DNA of 62,689 nt, the filler included, from a bacterium (GTDB taxonomy: Bacteria; JAMORN01): the NCBI GenBank assembly GCA_027063545.1. It is 11 parts of 11 records of this genome, joined end to end, with 100 filler letters (N's around TTAATTAATTAA, not from the genome) between each part and the next. Parts side by side here need not be neighbours in the genome. Positions count along the whole stretch, not along the records: positions 37,273 to 45,829 come from JAMORN010000119.1; positions 45,930 to 54,273 come from JAMORN010000120.1; 9 more parts are not named here. One strand, given 5' to 3'. The notes under the pieces were generated by a model that searched no databases, had not been told where the DNA came from, and was given only the letters and a program-made list of their open reading frames with translations. Numbering within the stretch: position 1 is the first letter of the stretch; every line of letters begins with the position of its first letter. This document shows positions 42,654 through 54,373 of this stretch, piece by piece. Made by a program: the position numbers and the translations under genes.

Positions 42654-43406
42654 TTGAGAAAAAGGATAATTGCTGGAAATTGGAAAATGAATACCACTCT
42701 TGATGAAGCTAAAAAATTAGCATCAGAAATTGTTGAGTTAGTTAAAAATGTAGATGATGTAGAGATTGTTATATGTCCTCCATATACTAATTTATATGTC
42801 GTCTATGAAATTATTAAAGATTCTAACGTAAAGTTAGGAGCTCAAGATCTTCACTGGGAAGATAAAGGTGCTTTTACAGGAAAAATTTCTGCTGATATGT
42901 TATTATCTGTTGGTGTAAAATATGTTATAATAGGACATTCAGAACAAAGGACATATTTTTGTGAAACCGATGAAACAGTTAATAAAAAAGTTAAGCAAGC
43001 ATTAAAAAAAGGGTTAAAGCCTATAGTATGTGTTGGAGAAACCCTTGAGCAAAGAGAAAATGGCGAAACAAAAGAAGTTGTAAAAAAGCAAGTTGTAGGT
43101 GCTTTTGAAGGGGTAAGTAAAGAAGATATACTAAAATCAGTTATAGCATATGAACCTGTATGGGCTATAGGAACGGGAAAAACTGCTACTCCAGAGCAAG
43201 CTCAAGAAGTACATGCTTTCATAAGAGAATTATTAAAAGAATTATATGATGAGGAAGTTGCTCAAAGTGTTAGAATCCAATATGGTGGATCAATGAAACC
43301 CAATAATGCAAAGGCTTTATTAGAACAACCAGATATTGATGGTGGATTAATTGGTGGTGCTTCGCTAAAAGCTAAAGATTTTTATGGAATAATCAGACCA
43401 GAATAA
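42654..43406 (+). CDS. tpiA: Triosephosphate isomerase
   Basis: AGNWKMN, IGHSE, AYEPVWAIGTG, YGGS, LIGGASL. The GGAGG RBS favours the TTG at 42654. Confidence 0.98.
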   Translation: MRKRIIAGNWKMNTTLDEAKKLASEIVELVKNVDDVEIVICPPYTNLYVVYEIIKDSNVKLGAQDLHWEDKGAFTGKISADMLLSVGVKYVIIGHSEQRTYFCETDETVNKKVKQALKKGLKPIVCVGETLEQRENGETKEVVKKQVVGAFEGVSKEDILKSVIAYEPVWAIGTGKTATPEQAQEVHAFIRELLKELYDEEVAQSVRIQYGGSMKPNNAKALLEQPDIDGGLIGGASLKAKDFYGIIRPE

Positions 43407-43422
43407 AATAGGAGAAAATTAG

Positions 43423-43848
43423 ATGATATATGTATTACTTGTGTTGCTTATTTTAGTGTCAATTTTATTGATAATGTTAGTACTAATGCAATCTGGGGAA
43501 GGTGGGTTATCTAGTGCCTTTGGAGGAACAGGTTATCAACTTACATCTCTCTTTGGTGCCCATACACCTTCAATTTTGATAAAAGCAACAACAACTTTAG
43601 CTACAATATTTGGAATATTAACTATCTTAATTAATATAATTGCTTTGTTCCATTCTAAACAAACTTATAAAAGTAAATTACAAGAGTATGTTGAAACTCA
43701 AAAAATAACACAGGTTAATATCTACAATAAAGAAAATAGTAAAGCAGCCCCTGCAAATACTATCCCTATAAAAAAAGCAACTTCTCAGGAAAATAAAGAG
43801 GCAAACACTATTCCTATAAAACAAACAACTAGCGATACTAATAAGTAA
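43423..43848 (+). CDS. secG: Preprotein translocase subunit SecG with a C-terminal extension
   Basis: VLMQSGEGGLSSAFGG, two TM helices, conserved tpiA-secG-tRNA-Leu order. Confidence 0.9.
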   Translation: MIYVLLVLLILVSILLIMLVLMQSGEGGLSSAFGGTGYQLTSLFGAHTPSILIKATTTLATIFGILTILINIIALFHSKQTYKSKLQEYVETQKITQVNIYNKENSKAAPANTIPIKKATSQENKEANTIPIKQTTSDTNK

Positions 43849-43858
43849 AGATATAAAT

Positions 43859-43946
43859 GCGGGTGTGGCGGAATTGGTAGACGCGTTGGATTGAGGGTCC
43901 AATGGGTACAAAAACGCCCGTGTCGGTTCGAGTCCGACCACCCGCA
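43859..43946 (+). tRNA. tRNA-Leu(GAG), CCA not encoded
   Basis: Acceptor stem GCGGGTG/CACCCGC with discriminator A, D-loop GGAATTGGTAGAC, anticodon arm TTGGA-TTGAGGG-TCCAA, long variable arm, T-loop GGTTCGAGTCC. Confidence 0.96.
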
Positions 43947-43994
43947 TAAATTTTTTCCTTCTTTTTTTCTTTTATCTTTTTTATTTTTCATTGT

Positions 43995-45350
43995 ATGTTA
44001 AAAAAGATAGATGGATATATTATAAAGGAATATTTTCCTCCTTTTATATTAACATTAATTTCTATCATATTTATATTATCATTGGATTTTATCATAAAAA
44101 TCTTAGATTCAATTCTTCAAAAAGGTATAGAACCTAATATTGTTTTTAAATATTTCTTTCTCAACCTAGCATGGATTGTAGCCTTAGCTGTTCCTATGTC
44201 TTTTTTGGTAAGCTCTATTATGGTTTTTGGTCGCCTAGCCAGTGATAATGAAATTATTGCATTTATGAGTGTTGGAGTACATCCTTTAAGAATTATGTTA
44301 ACACCTATTCTCTTAGGTATTTTAGCTTTTGGATATATGAGTTATTTTAATAGCAGGATACTTCCTGAAGCTAACCATAAAGCAGCTGAAATTGGGGTAG
44401 CAATAAAAAAAGCCAAGCCTGCTTCTATTTTAATTCCTAACTTTATTATAGGAGATATACCAGAATATAAAATAGTTGTAGGAAGTATTGATTACAATAA
44501 AAATCTATTAAAAGAGATTAAAATATTTAATGAAAAAGAAAACTATATACTTATAGCAGAAAGAGGAAAATTATATGTAAAAGATGATTTTCTATTTCTA
44601 GTTTTATCTGATGGAGAAATTATTCAATATAAATATAATAAACTAAATACTGAAGTTTTGAGACTTAAATTCTCTAAAAATCAAATGGGAATACAACTTC
44701 CAGAAACATTTAAGAAAAGAAAGCGTACCTATAGAACAGATAGAGAAATGACTGATAAAATGCTAAGAGAAAATATTAATAAAGCTGAAAAAAAATTAAA
44801 AAATACCAATAATTGTATAGTTAAACTAATAAAAAATGAATATCCTTTTCTTGTAGATTCTTCATATAACAAAAAAATTATTAAAGAAATACCTAGAAAA
44901 TTAACTAAAACTACATTATATAATATTCAATTCAACAAAATGAAAAAGCTTAATATGGCTTTACAGCAAGAAAAAAGAAAAATAATAAAGTATAAAAAAT
45001 ATATAAGTAGTTTGAAAGTAGAATTATACAAAAAATTTTCTATAGCTTTTGCCAGTATAATATTTATTTTAATAGGTGTCCCATTAGGTAGTATAATAAG
45101 GAAAGGTGGTATTGGAGTTAGTATTGCTGTTAGTTTTGTAATTTTCATGTTATATTGGGCATATTTAATTGTTGGTGAAAGACTTGCCGATAGATTAGTA
45201 ATAGATCCTTTCATTGCAATGTGGGGTATGAATATAATACTTCTTATATTGAGTATAATTTTATTAAGACTACTCATATATGTTGATTATTCTATAAATT
45301 ATAATATTGATAAAATTTTTTTAAAATTTTTCAAAAAAGAAAAAAAATGA
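43995..45350 (+). CDS. lptF: LPS export permease, LptF/LptG family (LptF position)
   Basis: LAVPMSFL...FGRLASDNEIIA...G, ELYKKFSIAFA...GVPLG, AMW..N. Confidence 0.88.
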   Translation: MLKKIDGYIIKEYFPPFILTLISIIFILSLDFIIKILDSILQKGIEPNIVFKYFFLNLAWIVALAVPMSFLVSSIMVFGRLASDNEIIAFMSVGVHPLRIMLTPILLGILAFGYMSYFNSRILPEANHKAAEIGVAIKKAKPASILIPNFIIGDIPEYKIVVGSIDYNKNLLKEIKIFNEKENYILIAERGKLYVKDDFLFLVLSDGEIIQYKYNKLNTEVLRLKFSKNQMGIQLPETFKKRKRTYRTDREMTDKMLRENINKAEKKLKNTNNCIVKLIKNEYPFLVDSSYNKKIIKEIPRKLTKTTLYNIQFNKMKKLNMALQQEKRKIIKYKKYISSLKVELYKKFSIAFASIIFILIGVPLGSIIRKGGIGVSIAVSFVIFMLYWAYLIVGERLADRLVIDPFIAMWGMNIILLILSIILLRLLIYVDYSINYNIDKIFLKFFKKEKK

Positions 45351-45829
45351 AACGCTCTAGTATATTAGAAAATTATATACTAACTAAATTTGCATTAATA
45401 TTTATCTCCACTTTATTTATATTATGGGGAATATCTATTTTTGTCGACTTTGTTGGATTTTTTTCTAGATTTATAGAACATTCATTTAAAGATGTTACTT
45501 ATTACTATTTTTTATATTCTCCTTATATTATATCCCTTCTTATTCCAATGTCAATATTAGGAGCATCTCTTTTTGCTTTTAGTGATTTTGCTAAAAATAA
45601 TGAAATTATAGCTATGAAATCTTCAGGTATGAGTCTTTTAGAAATCCTATATCCTGTAATAAGATTCACTATATTAATATCTATTTTTTTATTTATCTTT
45701 TCAGAATTTATTGTGCCTAAGGCTGAGTATAAAAGAGTTAAAATGTGGAAGGCAAAATTTAGTAGACATTCTAAAAAAATATTAACTAAATATGATAATA
45801 TCTGGTATATGGGGGAAGATAACAATATT
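45347..45829 (+). CDS. lptG: LPS export permease, LptF/LptG family (LptG position), truncated
   Basis: LIPMSILGA...KNNEIIAMKSSGMSL; follows lptF. Confidence 0.85.
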
Positions 45830-45929
45830 NNNNNNNNNNNNNNNNNNNNNNNNNNNNNNNNNNNNNNNNNNNNTTAATTAATTAANNNNNNNNNNNNNNN
45901 NNNNNNNNNNNNNNNNNNNNNNNNNNNNN
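45830..45929. other. Artificial contig linker
   Basis: N44-TTAATTAATTAA-N44. Confidence 0.98.
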
Positions 45930-46445
45930 TTCTAAAGATTCCATAGCTATCTTTTTCTGTTTTTCTTTAGGTAAGCTCTCTATGGTTCTTAGATTATGTA
46001 ATCTATCTGCTAATTTCACAAAGATTACTCTTATATCCTCAGTTACAGCAATTATTAACTTTCTAAAATACGTTAGTTTTTTATGGGATTTATATTTGTC
46101 TATATTCTGAGTATTTATATTGGAAGTCTTAGTTAGACTATCAACTATATAAGCTAACTCCTTACCAAACTCCTTTTCTATATTCTCTCTAGTTATATAA
46201 GTGTCTTCTATTACATCATGCAAAAGTCCTGCTGCTATAGTAATAACATCAAGTCCCCAAAAGGATAATATTAAAGCTGTTTCTGCTGGATGGGTTATAA
46301 ATGGATCTCCTGATTTTCTTTTCTGATTTATATGGGCTTTAAAAGCAAAGGAATAAACCTTATCTAAAAATTCTAAATCTTTTTCTGAAAAATTTCTATT
46401 TTTTGTAAGTTTTTTAAAAAATTTTTCTTTACATTCTTTTAACAT
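45930..46445 (-). CDS. RelA/SpoT (p)ppGpp synthetase/hydrolase, N-terminal HD domain fragment
   Basis: AH..QKRKSGDPFITHP, LLHDVIEDT, VKLADRLHNLRT. Confidence 0.93.
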
Positions 46446-46459
46446 ATCAAAAAAATAGA

Positions 46460-48826
46460 TTAATCTTGAATTTTCATACTTATTTTATTCCATAGGCTTT
46501 TTAAATCTTTTAATAAAACTTCAGATTTTTGAAGAATGTTCTCTTGATTCATTAGATATTCTATACTATTTCTTAACCCTCCAATGTTCTTTACAATAGT
46601 ATCTGCTTGTAATTGAATCTCCTGTAATTCTGCTTTTAATTGTTCTATATTTAATAAACTGGCCTTTAATAATTCTGTTTTTCTATTTATTTTTTCTATT
46701 TCCTTCTCTTTATCTTCAATTTCTTTTACCTTATACTCTATTGTATCTAATTTAGCTTTAAATCTATCTATATTTAGATTTAAACTATTGTACTTTTCCT
46801 CTATTTGATGTATAAAATCACTTAATCTTTCAAAAGAAATTCTAAACTCATTAGAACTTTCATATAAACTTTTTAATTTTTCTCGATAACTATTTATTTC
46901 TTCTATAACTTGTTGAAGTCCTTTTAAATATTCTCCTAGTGAACCTATATCTTTTTCTATATTGTCTTTATTACTTAAAAATCTATTAATCTTATCTAAC
47001 ATTTCATTTAATTCTTTAACCTTATTTTCTATTAATTCCTTTATATTTGTATAGGTATATGATACCTCTACTTTATATTTCTTTATCTCTTCAGGTAAAT
47101 TCTTTAAATATTCAATATCACTTTTTAAATTATTATATATGTTATATATTTCATTTTTAATACTCTTCCACTCTGTTAAGCTTCCTTTTATTTCTATTAT
47201 ATCTGTTTCCTTAGATTTTATCTCATCATAGGAATTAATAATATTATATACCAAGGCTTCTAATCTATTGAGATTATTTTTTAAGCCCTCTAAATTACTA
47301 AATTGGTTTTGAATTTCATTTATTGTTTGATTTATATTTTCTATTATAATACTTTTTCTTTCTAGATTCTCTAATTTTTCATTAAATTCTTCATAGGTTT
47401 TATTAAGAAAAGTAAATTTTTCTTCTATTTTATTTATAAATTCTACTATTTCCTTTAACTTAAAATAATCCTGTTTAATAAATTCTAAATCATTTATAAC
47501 ATCATAAACAATATTCTTTTCCTCCTCTATTTTACTATAATTTTCTTTCCATGAATCAATTATATATTCTATACTCTTTATTTTATTATCAATATCTACT
47601 AATTCATTTTCTAATCCTTTTTGTTTATCTTTAATATTGTCTACCTCTTTGGATATTATATCAAGTTCCTTTATTTTTTTCTCTATTGTATCTACATTTT
47701 TAAATAATTGTTGTAACTTTACAGATAATTCTTGTAAACTATTATACTTTTCTTCTAACTTACCTATCTCATTATGAACATTTTCTATATTCTCTTTAAT
47801 TCTAACTAACTCTTCATATTTGTCTTCGCTCTTTTTTATATTATCATTTATATATTCCAATAAGGTGTTATAATAAATAAGACTATTTTTCTTTTCCTCT
47901 AATATTTTTAATTCTTGTTCTATATTACTAATATTTCCTTGAGCCTCTATTATATAATCTATCTGGGACTTTATACTATTTAGAGACAATTTTAATTCTT
48001 CTATCTGCTTTTTATATTTATCAATATCTTTAAATTTTTTATTAATTATTGCTTTCTCTTCTATAAAACGACCCTCTATAGATTTTATTTCATTATATTT
48101 TTCTTTAATCTTCCATAGGGTTTTCTCTACTTCATAATAATCATCTAATACTTTATCTATAATATTTCTTTGTTTATCTATATGTTGAGTCTTTATTTCT
48201 ATGTATTCTATATCATCCTTTATTGAATCCACAACTCCTTTTATAGAAAAAACATCTTCTTGAATATATTCTAATAATGAATTTAAATTATCAATTTCCT
48301 TAATTTTTGTTTTCACCTCTTTTAGTTTAGTATCTAATAAATTTATATTATCCGAAATTTCTTTATACTCTTTCATTTTATTTTCAACCTCTATCTTAAA
48401 ATCTAGAAAAGTATCATATAACGAGGATATTTTTTCTATATACTTCCCTAAATTTGCTCCATCAGGTCCAGATAGATTTATAACATCCTCTAAAAGCATT
48501 CTAAATAACTGTGATTTTTCATCTATTCTAGCCTCAAATACTTTCATGCTATTTTCTATATTTTCTATATCCTGTTGAAGTTTATCTATATTTGATGCTA
48601 AATTAGTAAATTCTTTTAATTGTTCTCTTAAATTGTTTATATCCTCTATTGATTTTCTATAATTATCTAATTTTTCTTTTACTTTAATAAATTCCTTAAA
48701 ATTTTTGTTAAATTCTATTATCTCATTAGAGTATTTCTCTATCTTTTCCAATAAATATTCATATTTTTCTAAATTTAATCTTTTATCCTCTTTTTTCTTA
48801 AAAAATGATATTATAGCCTTAAGCAT
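46460..48826 (-). CDS. Long coiled-coil protein (788 aa) with no catalytic motif seen
   Basis: Continuous E/K/I/L-rich heptad pattern; no Walker A motif; start overlaps the stop of the upstream gene. Confidence 0.75.
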   Translation of the reverse strand: MLKAIISFFKKKEDKRLNLEKYEYLLEKIEKYSNEIIEFNKNFKEFIKVKEKLDNYRKSIEDINNLREQLKEFTNLASNIDKLQQDIENIENSMKVFEARIDEKSQLFRMLLEDVINLSGPDGANLGKYIEKISSLYDTFLDFKIEVENKMKEYKEISDNINLLDTKLKEVKTKIKEIDNLNSLLEYIQEDVFSIKGVVDSIKDDIEYIEIKTQHIDKQRNIIDKVLDDYYEVEKTLWKIKEKYNEIKSIEGRFIEEKAIINKKFKDIDKYKKQIEELKLSLNSIKSQIDYIIEAQGNISNIEQELKILEEKKNSLIYYNTLLEYINDNIKKSEDKYEELVRIKENIENVHNEIGKLEEKYNSLQELSVKLQQLFKNVDTIEKKIKELDIISKEVDNIKDKQKGLENELVDIDNKIKSIEYIIDSWKENYSKIEEEKNIVYDVINDLEFIKQDYFKLKEIVEFINKIEEKFTFLNKTYEEFNEKLENLERKSIIIENINQTINEIQNQFSNLEGLKNNLNRLEALVYNIINSYDEIKSKETDIIEIKGSLTEWKSIKNEIYNIYNNLKSDIEYLKNLPEEIKKYKVEVSYTYTNIKELIENKVKELNEMLDKINRFLSNKDNIEKDIGSLGEYLKGLQQVIEEINSYREKLKSLYESSNEFRISFERLSDFIHQIEEKYNSLNLNIDRFKAKLDTIEYKVKEIEDKEKEIEKINRKTELLKASLLNIEQLKAELQEIQLQADTIVKNIGGLRNSIEYLMNQENILQKSEVLLKDLKSLWNKISMKIQD

Positions 48827-50196
48827 TATGAGCCTCCCACTAATTCTCTATATATTTTCCATTTACCATCTTCCTTTTTCAAAATCAATTTTTTTATACT
48901 AACAGAATTTAATTTATTTGATTTATATTTCTGAATAAACTGAACCATAGAAGATAAGGAATCATATTTAAGTAAAACAATATCATCTAAATTCAACTCT
49001 ATCCACTTTGTATTTTCAAATACTCTCTTTTTATATTCTCTCCATTGTTCTACATTCATTCCTTTTCCTACAAAATCCTTAGAATAAAAGGAAATATAAG
49101 AATCTATATTTTTATTCTGCCAAGAATCTCGCCATGCCTCTATCATTGATAAAATATTATTATAAAAATCATGAAATTCCTTTTTTACCCAATATTCTTC
49201 CTGATTTATGAAATTTGTATCTATAACCTCTGAAATCTTCATATCTAAATCTGGTAAAATTAAAACAGGTGTTAAGGTATCCACTAAAGAATATAATTCT
49301 TCTATCTCTTTATTTGATAACGCTATACATCCATTGGTATTTCTTACACCAGAATCTATCTCAACACCATGTATCCAAATACCATAACCTGTTCTTCCCT
49401 CTTTTCTATCCCATCTATTAGGATAATTTAAAACAAGGGCCCTTTTACCATATATGTTTGAAAATTTACTTGGATTATCTATTTTTTGTATTATAAAATA
49501 AATTCCCTCAGGGGTCTTTTTATCTCCCACCCTTTGCTTCTTACCCTCTATTTCTCCATAACCTATATTAAAATGCCTATATATCTTCCATTTCTTTTGA
49601 CTTTCATCAAAAAATACAAGATATAACTGTCTATGCTTTTTTACAGCGATTATAATTCTTTTTGACTTTTTTACTATTTCCGGATAAACTCCTGGAGTAT
49701 ACAAATTTTTCTTTAAAAATCTATCAACTATTATAGCAGTCTTTTGAAATACACTATCAGGTATCCACCTACCATTTATTATAGTTATTGTATCCGTTTT
49801 ATCATCCGATAGTAAAGAATCTAAAATAGTTTTTTTCTCTTCTTTTTCTATCTTTTTTAAAGTCTCAATATTAAGCTTATTTTCTCTTATAGCTGTTACT
49901 AAAGTATCTTTAATATGTTTTTTATCAGGTAATACTTTTTTTACGGTTTTTAATTTAGTAGTCTTTAATTTATTAGTATAGTTAGAATAATAAACAATAA
50001 TATTATTTATTCTTGGTGTTACATATAAAAAAAATCCTCTTATCGCATAAACACCTGTCACTATTAAGGATATAAGTAAAAATAAGGTAATAAAATATAC
50101 CTTTACCAAAAAAAAATTAATAAAAGCAAAAAATAATTCTATTTTCCTTAACTTTCTTTTTAAATTTAATTTAATCCAAAAAGCTATATATCTCAT
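48826..50196 (-). CDS. Membrane-anchored L,D-transpeptidase/carboxypeptidase (YkuD) with an NTF2-like C-terminal domain (Csd6-like)
   Basis: GDKKTPEGIY, LNYPN..D, GIWIHG...TNGCIAL; C-terminal WRDSWQNKNIDSYISFYS...WKIYRE. Confidence 0.88.
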   Translation of the reverse strand: MRYIAFWIKLNLKRKLRKIELFFAFINFFLVKVYFITLFLLISLIVTGVYAIRGFFLYVTPRINNIIVYYSNYTNKLKTTKLKTVKKVLPDKKHIKDTLVTAIRENKLNIETLKKIEKEEKKTILDSLLSDDKTDTITIINGRWIPDSVFQKTAIIVDRFLKKNLYTPGVYPEIVKKSKRIIIAVKKHRQLYLVFFDESQKKWKIYRHFNIGYGEIEGKKQRVGDKKTPEGIYFIIQKIDNPSKFSNIYGKRALVLNYPNRWDRKEGRTGYGIWIHGVEIDSGVRNTNGCIALSNKEIEELYSLVDTLTPVLILPDLDMKISEVIDTNFINQEEYWVKKEFHDFYNNILSMIEAWRDSWQNKNIDSYISFYSKDFVGKGMNVEQWREYKKRVFENTKWIELNLDDIVLLKYDSLSSMVQFIQKYKSNKLNSVSIKKLILKKEDGKWKIYRELVGGS

Positions 50197-50202
50197 ATAT
50201 TA

Positions 50203-51456
50203 CTACTCATACATGGGGAATTTCTTAGCAAATTCAACTACTTCATTATATATATTCTTTATTTCCTCCTCATTATTTATATTATCAACAACTCTCTTAA
50301 TAAAATCTGCTACCTGAATCATCTCCTCTGGTCCCATTCCTCTAGTTGTCAAGGAAGGTGTTCCAAGTCTTATACCACTTGTAATAAAAGGTTTTTGCTT
50401 ATCATATGGTATTGTATTTCTATTTGCGTTAATACCAGCCATATCTAGAGCTTTTTCAACCTCTTTTCCTGTTAGTCCTAACTTTGATACATCTACTAAC
50501 ATTAAATGATTATCAGTTCCTCCAGTTAAAACTGTAAATCCTCTATCAATTAAGGCTTGAGCCAATGTTTTAGCATTTTCAACTACTCTCTTTGCATACT
50601 CCTTAAACTCTGGCTGTAAAGCTTCCTTTAAAGCTACTGCTTTTGCTGCAATTATATGCATTAAAGGTCCACCTTGAATACCAGGGAAAACTATTTTATC
50701 TAATTTTTTTGCTATCTCCTCATCATTTGTTAATACCATACCACCTCTTGGACCTCTCAATGTCTTATGGGTAGTTGTAGTTGTTATATGTGCATAAGGA
50801 ATTGGAGAAGGATGAAGACCTGCAGCCACAAGACCGGCAATATGAGCCATATCCACTACTAAATAGGCCCCTACTTCATCTGCTATTTCTCTAAATTTTT
50901 TAAAATCAATAACTCTTGGATATGCAGATGCTCCTGCTATTATAAGTTTTGGTTTATGTTTCTTTGCTAAATCCCTTATCATATCATAATCTAACATATA
51001 AGTCTCTGGATGAACCTGATATGATACTACTTTATATAATTTCCCAGAAAAACTCATAGGATGGCCATGTGTCAAATGTCCTCCATGGCTTAAATCCATA
51101 CCCATTATTGTATCCCCAGGCTCAATTAATGCCATATATGCAGCCATATTTGCCTGAGAACCAGAATGAGCCTGAACATTAACAAATTTAGCCCCAAATA
51201 ATTCTTTTGCCCTTTCAATAGCCAACTCTTCTGCAATATCAACCCATTCACATCCACCATAGTACCTTTTTTTAGGATAACCCTCTGCATATTTATTAGT
51301 TAAAACACTACCCATAGCCTCTAAAACAGCCTTTGATACATTATTTTCTGAAGCTATTAATTCTAAATGATTATTCTGACGAGATTTTTCTTTTTCTATA
51401 GCGTCATATATTTCTGGATCAACTTCTCTTAAAGAACTTTTGAAAAAATTATACAT
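50203..51456 (-). CDS. glyA: Serine hydroxymethyltransferase
   Basis: [36 protein letters not shown]. Confidence 0.99.
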   Translation of the reverse strand: MYNFFKSSLREVDPEIYDAIEKEKSRQNNHLELIASENNVSKAVLEAMGSVLTNKYAEGYPKKRYYGGCEWVDIAEELAIERAKELFGAKFVNVQAHSGSQANMAAYMALIEPGDTIMGMDLSHGGHLTHGHPMSFSGKLYKVVSYQVHPETYMLDYDMIRDLAKKHKPKLIIAGASAYPRVIDFKKFREIADEVGAYLVVDMAHIAGLVAAGLHPSPIPYAHITTTTTHKTLRGPRGGMVLTNDEEIAKKLDKIVFPGIQGGPLMHIIAAKAVALKEALQPEFKEYAKRVVENAKTLAQALIDRGFTVLTGGTDNHLMLVDVSKLGLTGKEVEKALDMAGINANRNTIPYDKQKPFITSGIRLGTPSLTTRGMGPEEMIQVADFIKRVVDNINNEEEIKNIYNEVVEFAKKFPMYE

Positions 51457-51499
51457 ATCTATCCTCCTGTATTTTATATTTATGTTTATCGTTATTTTT

Positions 51500-51943
51500 T
51501 TATTCTACTAACTCATCAATCATATCTATTCTTATTTGATGTCTACCTCCTTCAAACTCTCCATCTAAAAATGTATCTACTATACTTTTAGCAAGTTCTG
51601 GTCCTACAACTCTACCACCCATTACTAAAACATTAGCATTATTGTGGGCTCTAGCCATTTTTGCTGTATATTCATTATAGCATAATGCTGCCCTTATTCC
51701 TTTATATCTGTTTATAGATATACTCATACCTATACCGGTTCCACACATTAAAATACCCAATGCTTCTTCATCGCTCAATATTTTTTGAGCTAACTTTTTA
51801 GCATATTCTGGATAATGAACACTATCCTTTGTATCTGTACCTAAATTTATAACTTCTATACCTTTTGATTTAAGATAATCAACTAAGATATTTTTTAAAT
51901 CAACAGCTGCATGGTCATTAGCTATATATATTTTTTTTACCAT
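51500..51943 (-). CDS. rpiB: Ribose-5-phosphate isomerase B
   Basis: [28 protein letters not shown]. Confidence 0.97.
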   Translation of the reverse strand: MVKKIYIANDHAAVDLKNILVDYLKSKGIEVINLGTDTKDSVHYPEYAKKLAQKILSDEEALGILMCGTGIGMSISINRYKGIRAALCYNEYTAKMARAHNNANVLVMGGRVVGPELAKSIVDTFLDGEFEGGRHQIRIDMIDELVE

Positions 51944-52131
51944 TTTCTTTTCTCCTCTTTTTTAATTTTTTTATTTTAATTTTTTGATATTATTCCATTA
52001 TTTTTTAGTTATTTTTTAGTGTAATTCTCAATTTTTTATCCATATTAATGATTAAAAAATAAAATAACATTTTATATAATTCAATAACTTAGTTTAAAAT
52101 AGTTAAATTAATATCAAAAATTCTTGATTTA

Positions 52132-52160
52132 TTGAAAAATACATTTTATTTTATTATACT
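52132..52160 (+). promoter_or_regulatory. Candidate sigma70 promoter for fba-gap
   Basis: TTGAAA-N17-TATACT about 50 nt upstream of the fba start. The AT-rich background lowers specificity. Confidence 0.5.
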
Positions 52161-52211
52161 TTAAATAAACTTTCAAACAAACAAATGAACACCTAAACGG
52201 AGGTTCGAAAA

Positions 52212-53258
52212 GTGATATCATATAAAGATTTAGGACTTGTTAATACTAAAGAAATGTTCAAAAAAGCTATGGCTGAAGGATATGCAGTACCAGCTTATAA
52301 TTTCAACAACATGGAACAGCTTCAAGCTATAATTACAGCTTGTGTAGAAACTAGATCACCTGTAATACTTCAAGTATCAAAAGGTGCTAGAAATTATGCT
52401 AATCAAACATTATTAAGATATATGGCTGAAGGTGCTGTGAAAATGGCAAGAGAAATGGAAGAAAAATTGGGCTGTGATGAACCTATACCTATAGCACTAC
52501 ACTTAGACCATGGAGATTCTTTCGAACTTGCTAAGTCTTGTATTGATATGGGATTTTCATCTGTAATGATTGATGGATCTCACTTACCATATGAAGAAAA
52601 TGTAGAATTAACTGCAAGAGTTGTTGAATATGCTCATAAATATGATGTAACTGTAGAAGGAGAATTAGGAGTTCTTGCTGGAATAGAAGATGATGTAGAA
52701 GCTGCAAAATCTATATATACTGACCCTGAACAAGTTGAAGATTTTGTTTCTAAAACAGGTGTTGATAGCTTAGCTATCTCTATAGGAACAAGTCATGGGG
52801 CTTATAAATTTAAACCAGAACAATGTGAGCTTATTGATGGGGTTTATGTACCACCTCCATTAAGATTTGATATCTTAGAAGAAATTGAAAAAAGACTTTC
52901 AGGATTTCCAATTGTACTTCATGGAGCTTCTTCTGTATTGAAGAAATATGTTGATATGATTAATCAATATGGAGGAAAATTAGAAGCAGCCATTGGAGTT
53001 CCAGAAGATCAATTAAGAAAAGCAGCTAAAAGTGCTGTTTGTAAAATAAACATAGATAGCGATGGAAGACTTGTTATGACAGGTATTATTAGAAAAATAT
53101 TAGCTGAAAAACCACAAGAGTTTGATCCTAGAAAATATTTAGGGCCAGCTAGAGAAGAATTAATAAAAATGTATAAACATAAAAATATTAATGTATTAGG
53201 TTCTGCATGGAGATATGGAAATTGTAAAAATTTAGAAAAAGAAGATATTAAACTATAA
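52212..53258 (+). CDS. fba: Class II fructose-bisphosphate aldolase
   Basis: ALHLDHG, SVMIDGS, VEGELG, GTSHGAYK, VLHGAS, KINID, FDPRKY. Confidence 0.97.
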   Translation: MISYKDLGLVNTKEMFKKAMAEGYAVPAYNFNNMEQLQAIITACVETRSPVILQVSKGARNYANQTLLRYMAEGAVKMAREMEEKLGCDEPIPIALHLDHGDSFELAKSCIDMGFSSVMIDGSHLPYEENVELTARVVEYAHKYDVTVEGELGVLAGIEDDVEAAKSIYTDPEQVEDFVSKTGVDSLAISIGTSHGAYKFKPEQCELIDGVYVPPPLRFDILEEIEKRLSGFPIVLHGASSVLKKYVDMINQYGGKLEAAIGVPEDQLRKAAKSAVCKINIDSDGRLVMTGIIRKILAEKPQEFDPRKYLGPAREELIKMYKHKNINVLGSAWRYGNCKNLEKEDIKL

Positions 53259-54273
<1,015 letters not shown>

Positions 54274-54373
54274 NNNNNNNNNNNNNNNNNNNNNNNNNNN
54301 NNNNNNNNNNNNNNNNNTTAATTAATTAANNNNNNNNNNNNNNNNNNNNNNNNNNNNNNNNNNNNNNNNNNNN
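54274..54373. other. Artificial contig linker
   Basis: N44-TTAATTAATTAA-N44. Confidence 0.98.

Noticed and set aside
43678..43991. ORFs 43678..43947 and 43785..43991
   Set aside because: They are antisense to tRNA-Leu and secG; typical tRNA shadow ORFs.
43947..43994. Integrative element at tRNA-Leu
   Set aside because: lptF follows within 50 nt, and no integrase or duplicated tRNA 3' end is seen.
46460..48826. SMC/Rad50 or defence-system ATPase call for the coiled-coil protein
   Set aside because: No Walker A/B, signature or hinge motif is visible.
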